Below, one piece after another: positions 38,995 through 48,938 of a stretch of 64,000 nucleotides of DNA. A program made the translations under genes and the position numbers. Numbering within the stretch: the stretch's first letter is position 1; each line of letters opens with the position of its first letter. The notes under the pieces were generated by a model. It was not told the DNA's origin. It was given only the letters and a program-made list of their open reading frames with translations, and made no database searches. Source of the stretch: Longimicrobiales bacterium (GTDB lineage: Bacteria; Gemmatimonadota; Gemmatimonadetes; Longimicrobiales; Gaopeijiaceae); the NCBI GenBank assembly GCA_965238005.1, contig OZ250165.1:1312001-1376000 (forward strand), written 5' to 3'.

Positions 38995-41490
38995 TTGCGA
39001 AACTCCGCTTTCCGGAGGCTTGTTCCCTGGTCCGTAGCTCTTTCACCGAGCCTCACGAGCTGCGGTGGGGGAGACGGGACGGCCCCGGAGCCCCCCAGGG
39101 CCACATCCATGTCGGTTACCCCGAGCTCCCTGGCGCTGACGTTCTTTGGCGAGACCCGGAGCGTGACGGCCTCGGTGCGCGATCAAAACGGCCAGCCCTT
39201 CAATACGAGCGTCTCCTGGACCAGCGACGACCCGGCGGTGGCTACCGTGAGCACAACCGGAGTCGTGACGGCCACGGGCAACGGAGCCACCACGGTGCGG
39301 GGGACGGCAGGGTCAATCTCGGCCACGGTGTCGGTGTCGGTCCAACAGGTGGCCAGCCAGGTCACGATCGTATCGGGGGATGGACAGACCGCCGTCGTCG
39401 GGACGGCACTGGTAGACGAGCTGGTGGCCCAAAGCAGCGACGCCGGGGGATCTCCTGTGCCCCTCATCGACATCTCCTTCAGCGTATCGACGGGTGGTGG
39501 CTTCCTCACCGTGACGTCCGTGACCACCGACACCCCGGGGAGAGCGTCGTCGGCGTGGACGCTGGGCACCACCGCCGGCGTTCAGCAGGTCAAGGAATCG
39601 ATCGTGGGAGTGACAGGCGGCGACGCGACCTTCTCGGCCACGGCGAACCCTGGACCGGCGACCGAGCTGCTCATGGTGTCAGGTGACGAGCAGGTCGCCA
39701 GCAAGGGGACTGCCCTCGCGAGCCCGGTGGTCGTTCGCTTGGTGGACGAGTTCACCAACGGAGTGCCCGGCAGAACGGTCGCCTTCGCGGTAACCGGCGG
39801 CTTCGGCTTCGTCGACGCGACGACGGTCCAGACCGGCTCGGATGGCTCCGCCCAAGCCGTCTGGACCGTCGGGCTGATACTGGGGGACAACACGCTCACC
39901 GCCACGGTCGATGGATTGGATCCGGTGACGTTCACCGCCACCTCCTTGGGGACTCCCGATCTGGCCGTAAGCGCCCTCACTGCCAACCCCACGAGCCCGA
40001 CCTTGGAACAGACGGTCAATCTCCAGGCTAGCGTGGCCAACTTGGGCGACGGGCCCACCGGAACGGGCTTCAACGCGCGCCTCGAGCTGGACGGGACCGT
40101 CGTCGGTAACGCCGCCGTCGGGCCCCTCGATCCCGGCGGCCTCGCCGTCCTGTCGTTCTCCGACGTGGGGCCTCTGACCGAAGGTGGTCACACCTTCCGA
40201 CTGGTGGCGGACGCGGGCGGAGCCATCCTGGAGTCCGACGAATCCAACAACAGCTCGGAGCTCCAGATCACGGCGGTCCAGGCCACAGCGCTCGAGGCAG
40301 GGACCCCGGTGCCCAACCTCGCCGGCGCCGCCGGCAGCATGACCTTCTTCACCGTGGAAGGGCCCGCGGCTACCGAGGCGCCCCAGAAGGCGCCGACCCT
40401 GGCCCCCGTCGCCTCGCTCGACGTGACCTTGTCCGGCGGCACCGGAAACGCGGACCTTTACGTGCACTTCGGCGAGCGCCCGAGCCTGCTCGCCGACTAC
40501 GACTGTGCGTCGGCCGGTTCGACGACTGCGGAGTCGTGTGCCATCGCGAGCCCGACTCCCGGAACGTATCACATCGCCGTGCACGGCCTTGCCGACTACT
40601 CGGGCGTGTCGCTCCTCGCGTCGACCACGGAGAGCACGGTGGGTGCCTTCGACATCGAGCTGGTGTTCATCAACAGCGGAACCGCCACCCAGAATGCGGC
40701 GTTTACGGCGGCCGAGGTCCGCTGGGAGAGCTTCATCCAGAGCGACCTGCCCGATGTCAATTTTGCCACGAGCCCCAGGGCGGCGGATGAATGTATCGAG
40801 GGCCAGCCCCTCATCGACGACCTCGTCGACGACTTGCGGATCTACGTCGACATAGTCACCATCGACGGTCCGTTGGGCGTCCTTGCCGAGGCTGGTCCGT
40901 GCCTGATTCGACTCGGCAGCTCCCTGCCCGTCGTCGGATCCATGCGGATCGACGTGGCGGACCTGGCGTTCCTCGAGGTGAACAACGAGATGGTGACGGT
41001 GGTCCTCCACGAGATGGGGCACGTGCTCGGGATCGGGACCCTCTGGGGCGAGCTGGGGCTCGTCCAGAACCCTTCGCTTCCGTCGAGTCCCGGCGTGGAT
41101 ACCCACTTCACCGGACCAAGGGCGATCGCCGCGTTCGACGTCGCCGGAGGAACGGGTTACACCGGAGGAGAAAAAGTGCCCGTCGAGAACGAGCTCGGCG
41201 AAGGCTCCGGCGATGCCCACTGGAGGGAATCCGTCCTGGGCGAGGAGCTCATGACGCCGAGTCTCAACAGTGGACAGGCGATCCCGTTGAGCGCCATATC
41301 GACGGAGTCGCTGGCCGATTTGGGATACACGGTGGACAGCTCGGGAGCAGACCCCTACAGCAAGGCCTTTACGGGCCCGGCCCGTGCTCCACTGGGCGGC
41401 CGGGTCATCGTCTTGGAAAACGATATCTACAAGGGGCCGTTGATCGTGGTGGACCCGAGTGGGCGGGCGCTTAGGGTGATCCGACGATGA
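38995..41490 (+). CDS. Surface lipoprotein with Ig-like, CARDB, PPC and leishmanolysin (M8)-like Zn-peptidase domains
   Basis: LTSC lipobox; PDLAV...ESDESNN; GGTGNADLYV; HEMGHVLG...HWRE...ELM. Confidence 0.85.
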   Translation: MRNSAFRRLVPWSVALSPSLTSCGGGDGTAPEPPRATSMSVTPSSLALTFFGETRSVTASVRDQNGQPFNTSVSWTSDDPAVATVSTTGVVTATGNGATTVRGTAGSISATVSVSVQQVASQVTIVSGDGQTAVVGTALVDELVAQSSDAGGSPVPLIDISFSVSTGGGFLTVTSVTTDTPGRASSAWTLGTTAGVQQVKESIVGVTGGDATFSATANPGPATELLMVSGDEQVASKGTALASPVVVRLVDEFTNGVPGRTVAFAVTGGFGFVDATTVQTGSDGSAQAVWTVGLILGDNTLTATVDGLDPVTFTATSLGTPDLAVSALTANPTSPTLEQTVNLQASVANLGDGPTGTGFNARLELDGTVVGNAAVGPLDPGGLAVLSFSDVGPLTEGGHTFRLVADAGGAILESDESNNSSELQITAVQATALEAGTPVPNLAGAAGSMTFFTVEGPAATEAPQKAPTLAPVASLDVTLSGGTGNADLYVHFGERPSLLADYDCASAGSTTAESCAIASPTPGTYHIAVHGLADYSGVSLLASTTESTVGAFDIELVFINSGTATQNAAFTAAEVRWESFIQSDLPDVNFATSPRAADECIEGQPLIDDLVDDLRIYVDIVTIDGPLGVLAEAGPCLIRLGSSLPVVGSMRIDVADLAFLEVNNEMVTVVLHEMGHVLGIGTLWGELGLVQNPSLPSSPGVDTHFTGPRAIAAFDVAGGTGYTGGEKVPVENELGEGSGDAHWRESVLGEELMTPSLNSGQAIPLSAISTESLADLGYTVDSSGADPYSKAFTGPARAPLGGRVIVLENDIYKGPLIVVDPSGRALRVIRR

Positions 41491-42185
41491 GCCGGCGGAC
41501 GAACGCGGGTTCGACGATGCGCCGGAGGACGTGCCTGGCCGCGTGGCGGGCCGGACGCCCGTTCATGGCTCTCCTACCCGCCGGGGTCCTCGCCGCCGCT
41601 TGCACCTCGTCGGGGGGCGACGCCGAGTCGGCTGGCGCCGGTGAGGTCGGAGCGCCCGCCGGGGATCGGCCTCTGCCGACGTGCGTGCCACCCTCGGGCG
41701 AGCTGGCCGCCGACGCCACCCTCGACGGCCGGGCCGGCGAGTACACGTTGAGGATGGTGGGGGGCGCGGAGGGGGACGACGCCGCATCCATTCAGGGGAC
41801 CCTCATCCTACACCAGCAGTCGGCTGACCTCCGGCAGTTCTCGGGCAGCGATGGAAGCGCGATCCCGGGGGTTGTCGCTCCGCTCTTCGGCACCACCGAC
41901 GTGGGCGTCGAGGCCGTGGGTGCGCTCCGCGTCGGCGATCTCTCGAGCGCCGATCCCGCCGCCCCCGGCGTTCTCGTGATCGAGAGTGAGACCGCTCAGG
42001 GACCCAGCATCCTCCTGCGCTTTGGATCGGACGCCAACCGCCGGGACATGGTGCGCTTCGACGGTGGGTTCACGGTCCTGGAGCTCCGGGAGATCGGAGG
42101 CGACGGGTTCAGCGGGACCTGGACCAGCGGGGCCTGGGGGCGGGCGACGGGCGGGTATTTCTGTGCCGAGCGGGTGGCGGGCTAG
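41487..42185 (+). CDS. Hypothetical lipoprotein
   Basis: LAAAC lipobox; ATGA overlap with the upstream gene. Confidence 0.6.
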   Translation: MSRRTNAGSTMRRRTCLAAWRAGRPFMALLPAGVLAAACTSSGGDAESAGAGEVGAPAGDRPLPTCVPPSGELAADATLDGRAGEYTLRMVGGAEGDDAASIQGTLILHQQSADLRQFSGSDGSAIPGVVAPLFGTTDVGVEAVGALRVGDLSSADPAAPGVLVIESETAQGPSILLRFGSDANRRDMVRFDGGFTVLELREIGGDGFSGTWTSGAWGRATGGYFCAERVAG

Positions 42186-42217
42186 GACTGCCCCCACCCG
42201 CTACCGACACGGCGGCC

Positions 42218-43943
42218 CTAGAAGTAGTACCGCAGCCCGAGCTGGACCTGGAACTGCAGCACGAGGTTGTTCCCCAACAGGCCCTCGGTTCCGAAGGTGT
42301 CGTTCACGCCGTAGACGATGCGCTGGCCCGCCGCATCGAACCGGGCCGGCACCAGCAGGTCCGAGTCCGCCCCAAAAACGCCCGTCCAGCGGCCCAGGCC
42401 ACACACGCCCGACGTGAAGTCGGCGTCGTCCGCCGATGCGTCGCAGAATAGCTGGCCGATGCCGTTCAGCACGTTGAACAGGTCCACCTGCACCTCGAGC
42501 CTCTGGGAGCTCTGGAATTCGAACCCCTTGGAGAGTCTCATGTCCAGCTGGTGCGTCCAGGGGAAGCGGCACGTGTTCCGCTCCAGGATCCTGCCCTGGA
42601 AGTCGCCGATGCAGCTGTACTCCTCCAAGATCGATCGGTACACGTCCCGGTCCTCGTCGTCGTCGGTCGGGAGATTCGCGGCGCTGAAGACAAATAGCCG
42701 GTCGTTGAACCGGACTCCGTCACCATTCAGGTCGTCGTCGCCCACGGGCGACCACGGGCGGCCGCTCTGGCTCCGGAGGATCGCACTGGCCTGGATCCCC
42801 CAGGGGAAATTCACGAAGCTGGAAAAGACCAAAGTGTGCTCGCGGGAGAAGCTGCTACGGCCCCATCCCCTGTCGAAGTCGCCGATCCCGCCGATGTCGT
42901 TGGGGCCGAAGATGCCGATGCTGGTGCGTGAGTAGCCCCTGCCTGCGGTGCAGCATGTGTACGGCGAGTTGTCCCAGGCCCGGGTCCAGGTGTAGGAGCC
43001 CTGGAGCTGGAAGTTGTCGTTGACCTGTTGCCTGGCGTTGGCGGTGAGGGTCCAGGTCCGTGCTCGACCGTCGTTGAAGTTCACCAGGACGTCGCCGAAC
43101 TCGAGGTTTCGGCGAGAGGCTGTGCTGTTTGCTTGAGTGGGGTCGAACTCGGTTGCGGGGCTGAAGATCCGGCGGCCGGCCTCGCCGTCCAGCGTGAACT
43201 GGGGCTCGCGGAGGTTGAGGTTGCGAACCGTGTAGAGGCTGTTGCTCTGGCTGTAGATGAGGTCCACCGAGAGCTGGGTCCGGTCCCCGATCAGGGTCTC
43301 GAATCCCACGTTGGCCTTGAGGTGCTCGGGGAGCTCGAAGCTTTCGCTCCAGAGCGTGTACACCGGAACCCCGCCGGCACCCGCGTCTGCACAGGTGATG
43401 GGATTGTCGAAGCCGTCTATGCCCCAGCCGCTGAAGCCCTGCGGGGACGGTGGAGCGTCGGGGTCGCCATCCAGGATGGAGCCGTTACAGATCACCTCGA
43501 GGATGGGGCGCTCGGTCTGGAGGACGTCCCCCCCCACGACCCCCGGCACGGTTCCGTAGAAGAGGCCCGCTCCCGCGCGGATCACACGTCGGCCATCACC
43601 GTCGACGTCATACGCGATGGAAACCCTGGGGGAGATGTTGTTGTCGTCGGTGGGCGCGAATCCGGTCTGGAACCCGAAGGCGCGCTCCACGTCGACCACG
43701 GGCGTCGGGCTGTCGCGGAACGACTGGAGGTCGTACCGGAGGCCCAGGATGGCCGTCAGCCTCGGCGAAACCTGCCACTCGTCCTGCACGTAGGCCGACC
43801 ACTCCATGACGTCGAACGCCGCCCGCGCGATCCCGCCTCCTTCCTGGAAGGGACGGAAGTACGCCGACGGCCGGAAGCTGCGGAAGTCGTCCAGGTTGGC
43901 GAAACGGAATTCGCCGGCGCCCTCGTTCTGTGAGCCCGGGTTC
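42218..43943 (-). pseudogene. C-terminal half of an Oar-type TonB-dependent receptor; plug and N-terminus missing
   Basis: YVQDEW, GLRYD, NISPRVSIAYD, DLFNVLN, terminal LRYYF; frame closed upstream by TAG near 43945. Confidence 0.8.
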
Positions 43944-43981
43944 TAAAGAAACGCCCAACCCGCAAGAGCACGGAGTCGAGA

Positions 43982-44365
43982 ATGAGACACACTCGAAGAA
44001 AGTTTCTCGCGACCATCTTGACCGTTCTCGCCACCAGCGCGTTGTCGTGTGGCGGCGGCGGCGACGAGGGCTCCGACGGCCTCACCCCACCGACCGATGT
44101 GGACTGCCTTTCCAACGGAGCTACGGCGGACATTGGGGGATTTGGACCAACGAGCCACGCGCTGTCGGTCTCCCCAGAAGACGTGCGGGCAGGCGTGGCC
44201 AAGACCTACGAAGTCTTTAGCCCGAGCAACCACCCACACAACGTGACGCTCACGGCCGACCACTTCGCCTCGCTCCAGGCCAATCAGTCCGTAACGGTCC
44301 CCGTCAGCATCTTCCAGGGCCGATTTAGTGACCACACTCACAACGCAGTGGTCAGCTGCCTCTGA
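43982..44365 (+). CDS. Tat-like lipoprotein with paired HxH motifs
   Basis: TRRKFL, ALSC; HPHNV...HTHNAVVSC. Confidence 0.65.
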   Translation: MRHTRRKFLATILTVLATSALSCGGGGDEGSDGLTPPTDVDCLSNGATADIGGFGPTSHALSVSPEDVRAGVAKTYEVFSPSNHPHNVTLTADHFASLQANQSVTVPVSIFQGRFSDHTHNAVVSCL

Positions 44366-44925
44366 CGAGTGGAGCTAATCACCTTGCTGCGCGTGCCAGC
44401 GCCTGGTCCATGCCCGACGCCAGCGTCTCGGAGTCTCGTCGAAGAGCTGTGAAGCGTTCCGCAGGTTTGTTCTCGACGAATGCCCGGCCATGGAGACGAT
44501 GCAATGCATCTGTGAGGGCTCGAAACACTTCGGAGGAACGACGGGCGAGAGTGTTACCATGACGCGGGAACACGGTGGAGCCTCGAAGGTTCCTCTCTGT
44601 CCTCAAATCCAACCGATGCCCCCCATTGAGGCTCCATTCGCACCCTTTAGATATGAATAAAGCCGTTTCGCAGCATGGGCTTCGTCTCGGTGATCATCGC
44701 GTCGGGGATCTTCGCGCTGGGGCTGCCGTTGGTGTTGCTGTAGGCGCGTACGGATCAGCAAGCCGATAACGGTCCTCTAAGCCACGAGGACGCTCCAGCC
44801 TAACCTGGATACCGAATAAACCCCGAAGACGCATAGACGGCGATTCTGGGCGTGTGACGGGCGTCTGCTTGCGCCTCCCGGCCCGCTCTCGGATGTTGAC
44901 CTCGGTCTGATCCCGGAGTGTCCCT

Positions 44926-47640
44926 GTGTCCGATCCAGTTATCCGCCTGAACGTCGCTCTTCAGGGCCGCTACCGCGTAGAGCGTGAGCTGGGCGAAGGC
45001 GGCATGGCGACGGTGTTTCTGGCCGACGATCTCAAGCACGAGCGCAAGGTCGCGCTGAAGGTGCTGAAGCCGGAGTTGGCAGCCGTCGTCGGAGCCGAGC
45101 GTTTCCTGGCCGAGATCAAGACGACGGCGAACCTCCAGCATCCGCACATCCTGCCGCTCTTCGATTCGGGAGAAGCGAACGGGTTCCTCTTTTACGTGAT
45201 GCCCTACGTGGAAGGCGAGTCGCTTCGAGATCGGATCGACCGCGAGAAGCAGCTTCCGGTGGATGAGGCCGTGCGGATCGCCACGGCGGTGGCTAACGCA
45301 CTGGACCACGCCCATCGTCACAACGTCATCCACCGCGACATCAAGCCTGCCAACATCCTGCTCCAAGACGGCGAGCCGGTGGTGGCCGACTTCGGGATCG
45401 CGTTGGCTGTCGGAGCGGGAGGAGGCGACCGACTCACCGAGACGGGACTGAGCCTAGGCACCCCGTTCTACATGAGCCCGGAACAGGCGACGGGTGATCA
45501 GCCAGTGGGATCGTCCACCGATACCTACGCACTTGGCTCAGTCCTATATGAGATGCTCACTGGTGATCCACCGTACATGGGGAGCACGGCGCAGGCTGTG
45601 CTGGGCCAGATCATCTCGGCCAAACCGATCTCGGCCACGGATAAGCGTCCGTCGATCCCAGCCAATGTGGACGCTACGGTGCGGAAGGCACTGGAGAAGC
45701 TACCGGCGGATCGGTTTAAGTCGGCCCAGGACTTCGCGAGGGCCTTAGGTGATGGGCACTTCCGGTATGGGGAGGCCGAGGTGGGAGTTGGTGCGGCCGC
45801 AAGTCCGTGGAATCGGCTGACGATCGCCACGACGACGCTCACAGCGTTGCTCGCGCTCACCCTCGGATGGTCGCTCCTGCGTCCCGAGCCTCCACAACCT
45901 CCCGAGCCGGTCACCCGGGTCTCCGTGCTGATGGGAGAAGATGAGTCCTTTCATCCCAACTTCGGAGAACTCGACCTTTCGACCGATGGATCGCTCATGG
46001 TCTACAGAGGTCGAGGTGATGAAGGGCAATCTCAGCTGTGGGTGAGGCGGTGGGATGCCTTGGAAGCCACTCCGATCCGGAATACGGACAGGGGCGGGGC
46101 TTGGGACCCGGCGATCTCTCCTGACGGTCGCGAGGTGGCTTTTAGAGCGGGTTACTCGATTCGGGTCGTGCCGCTTGAAGGCGGGGCATCGCGGACCCTC
46201 CTCACCGACTCAGCCAGATGCTGCCTAAGCTGGAGTCCGGAGGGTGATTGGGTCTATTACACCAGACTGTCGCAAGGACTGAGCCGCGTGCCAGCGAGCG
46301 GTGGACCGTCCGAGGTTGTCACCCAGGTGGATACCGCAGCCGGAGACTTGTTCCATGGGTCCGCGGATGCGGTGCCGGGTGGCAGGGTCGTCTTGTTCAC
46401 GACGGGAGATGGTTCCATCCCAAGAATCCAAGCCCTGGACCTGGAAACCGGCGAACTCAGGGACCTCACACCAGGCAGAACCCCACGCTACAGCCCCACC
46501 GGCCATCTGCTCTTCATGGACGCGAACGAGGGCACCCTTTCGGCTGCTCCCTTCGATGTGAAGAACCTGGAGCTTACGGGCGCAGCGGTGCCGATGGCGG
46601 AGGGAGTGCTGCAAAACCCGCAGGGATCGCGTTTCTTCGACATATCCGCGTCGGGCAGGCTTGTGTACCGGACAGGTGCCACGGCTGGCATTTACACCCC
46701 TGTGTGGGTGGAGCGTAACGGGACCTTCCGAGAAATCGATACCGAGTGGACGTTCGATCCCGGGTCCGATCCCGGAGGCCCCATTGATTACCGAGGGCTA
46801 TCTCTGTCGCCCGACGGCACACGCTTGGCTGTGACGATCCTCGACGACGCGAACTACGATATCTGGATCAAAGAGCTGCCGAGAGGCCCCCTCACTCGAT
46901 TGACGTTCGATGAGGGCGCGGATTTCCGTCCCCGGTGGACCCCGGACGGGAACGCAGTCACGTTTCTGTCCGATCGGAGGGAAGCTCTCAGCACGGATAT
47001 TTTCTTGAAGCGAACGTCCTTCACCGGCGACGCGCAGTTGATCATGGACCACGAGTTGCCGTTTAGGGAGGGAGCCTATTCTCCGGACGGCGCTTGGCTA
47101 ATCGCACGGACGGATAGGGGTACTCTAAATGCTGGTGGAGATATCTGGAGCTTCCGTCCAGATCGCGACACCGTGCCCGCGCCACTCGTCGTCACCGACT
47201 ACGACGTGAAGGCGATCTCCATTTCGCCCAACGGCCGCTGGCTGATGTACGAATCGAACGAAACCGGACGCAACGAAGTGTACGTCCGCCCCTTGCCCGA
47301 TGTGGACGAAGGAAAGTGGACCGTCTCGACCGCGGGAGGCGTTATGCCCCGGTGGGCGCACAGCGGACGCGAGGTCTTCTACGTCAATGCAGACAACGAG
47401 ATGGTGGCCGCTCAGGTACTGCCTGGAGCGGTCTTCCAGGTCGGTGACCGCTCGGTCCTGTTCCCTCTAGACGACGACTTTCTCTTCCTACAGTATGAGC
47501 GGTACGCCCTTTACGATGTCGCACCGGGTGACGATCGGTTCATCTGGCTGGGGGCGAGAACCAACGAAACCGTCGCTACCCACGAACTGATTCTCGTCGA
47601 GAACTTCTTCGAGGAGTTGAAGGAGCGGGTGCCCAACTAA
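44926..47640 (+). CDS. Hanks-type Ser/Thr kinase, TM segment and TolB/PD40-like propeller
   Basis: LGEGGMATV, VALK, HRDIKPAN, DFG, YMSPEQ, SPDG repeats. Confidence 0.93.
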   Translation: MSDPVIRLNVALQGRYRVERELGEGGMATVFLADDLKHERKVALKVLKPELAAVVGAERFLAEIKTTANLQHPHILPLFDSGEANGFLFYVMPYVEGESLRDRIDREKQLPVDEAVRIATAVANALDHAHRHNVIHRDIKPANILLQDGEPVVADFGIALAVGAGGGDRLTETGLSLGTPFYMSPEQATGDQPVGSSTDTYALGSVLYEMLTGDPPYMGSTAQAVLGQIISAKPISATDKRPSIPANVDATVRKALEKLPADRFKSAQDFARALGDGHFRYGEAEVGVGAAASPWNRLTIATTTLTALLALTLGWSLLRPEPPQPPEPVTRVSVLMGEDESFHPNFGELDLSTDGSLMVYRGRGDEGQSQLWVRRWDALEATPIRNTDRGGAWDPAISPDGREVAFRAGYSIRVVPLEGGASRTLLTDSARCCLSWSPEGDWVYYTRLSQGLSRVPASGGPSEVVTQVDTAAGDLFHGSADAVPGGRVVLFTTGDGSIPRIQALDLETGELRDLTPGRTPRYSPTGHLLFMDANEGTLSAAPFDVKNLELTGAAVPMAEGVLQNPQGSRFFDISASGRLVYRTGATAGIYTPVWVERNGTFREIDTEWTFDPGSDPGGPIDYRGLSLSPDGTRLAVTILDDANYDIWIKELPRGPLTRLTFDEGADFRPRWTPDGNAVTFLSDRREALSTDIFLKRTSFTGDAQLIMDHELPFREGAYSPDGAWLIARTDRGTLNAGGDIWSFRPDRDTVPAPLVVTDYDVKAISISPNGRWLMYESNETGRNEVYVRPLPDVDEGKWTVSTAGGVMPRWAHSGREVFYVNADNEMVAAQVLPGAVFQVGDRSVLFPLDDDFLFLQYERYALYDVAPGDDRFIWLGARTNETVATHELILVENFFEELKERVPN

Positions 47641-48019
47641 CGGCCTCGCATCAGTCCCATCCAGCAATCGCCCAACCTCAGCATCACCCATAGCTTGAGC
47701 GCATGGGCAGGTACTCCTGGGGCGACTTCGGGTTTGGCTCAGTTCAGCCGCAGACTCGCACTCCTCGGCTGACGGTTCGCTGCGAGTATCAAGGCAGCAG
47801 CATGGAGCCGATTCAGGTGACGTTCAGAATCTCACCTCGCTACGGCATCTACGCTGCTCACGAAGCCCACAACTGGTTCCTCGCGATGATGCAGGAGCTT
47901 GAAGAGTTCGAGGTAGTGACGGATGAGCCTGGGCAGTTGCCGATGCCGTTTTGTAGTGACACGGTCAGGAGAATCACGAGTCTGTAATCATGCAAGATTC
48001 TCGGTCAGGGAGGGCGTCT

Positions 48020-48047
48020 ACTTTACATAATACTTCTTATACGCACG
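48020..48047 (-). other. dif-like XerC/XerD recombination site
   Basis: Minus strand CGTGCGTATAA-GAAGTA-TTATGTAAAGT versus E. coli dif GGTGCGCATAA-TGTATA-TTATGTTAAAT. Confidence 0.72.
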
Positions 48048-48443
48048 TCAGGAATCTAGGAAATCCACCATTTGACCGGAGAATTCCGGCTCTGTGGCCC
48101 AGACCGTATAGTTATCCACGTCTGATACGGGCTAGGGGCCGAATATTCATACGCTGCGCCGGTGCCATTTCAAGGGGGGTAGAGCGCGTAGAGCGGCGAC
48201 CGTGAATGAGGCCCGGATCATTCGACGAAGGCAACCAACGACCTATGAGAATCCCACCAATCGAGCACTTCGTTGATTCGTCCTTCTTTCGCCGCTATGT
48301 CGGGGAGGTGGTGAATCGTGATCCAGCGATGCTTACGCAAGGTGGCCCCCGGTGCCCAAGGGTGATTCCTCAAGCTCGGACGCCAACGCGGCGTTGACCA
48401 GGTGGGGTGAGGCGATGTATCTCCGATTTTGGAGGTTTTCTGC

Positions 48444-48869
48444 GTGAAAGCAATCGGCAGCTTTATCGCCATCCCAGCCATCCTGTTCCTGGCAGGATGT
48501 TCTGGACCGACTGGCCCAGAGTCTGTTGCTGGCCACTACGACCTAGTGTCGGTGGATGGGGAACCACTGCCGATCATGGGTCCCAACTTTCTGCTTTGTG
48601 CTTTCGGGGGTCCATGCGATCAACTCATTGAATATGTGAGTTCGGGCTTCATCCTACTCCGCGCCGATGGTACGTATTCGTACAACGAAGATGTGTGGCC
48701 CACCGTGGACAAAGAAGGCGAAGGAGCTTTCAGAATTGATGGAGGCTCGTTGACGTTCACGTGGTCTGTCGGGGATACGCCAACCAACCAGCCCGTCTGG
48801 AGAGCTACCATCACCGACAATAGGGTCACGGTTCCCGACGACAACAACCGGGTGTACATCAAACGCTAG
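48444..48869 (+). CDS. Hypothetical lipoprotein (lipocalin-like beta-barrel)
   Basis: GGAGG RBS; LAGC; GHYDLVSVDG...ADGTYSY. Confidence 0.65.
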   Translation: MKAIGSFIAIPAILFLAGCSGPTGPESVAGHYDLVSVDGEPLPIMGPNFLLCAFGGPCDQLIEYVSSGFILLRADGTYSYNEDVWPTVDKEGEGAFRIDGGSLTFTWSVGDTPTNQPVWRATITDNRVTVPDDNNRVYIKR

Positions 48870-48938
48870 GCAGCCTTCGGTCGATAGCCCGTTGGCACCC
48901 CCCGCGGGGGTCGCTCAAGCTGCTTCCGGTCGTCCGCC

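Noticed and set aside
48112..48120. DnaA-box-like TTATCCACG (origin)
   Set aside because: Single mismatched box with no cluster
47703..48481. Small ORFs around the dif-like site
   Set aside because: No recognisable motifs; coding status cannot be supported
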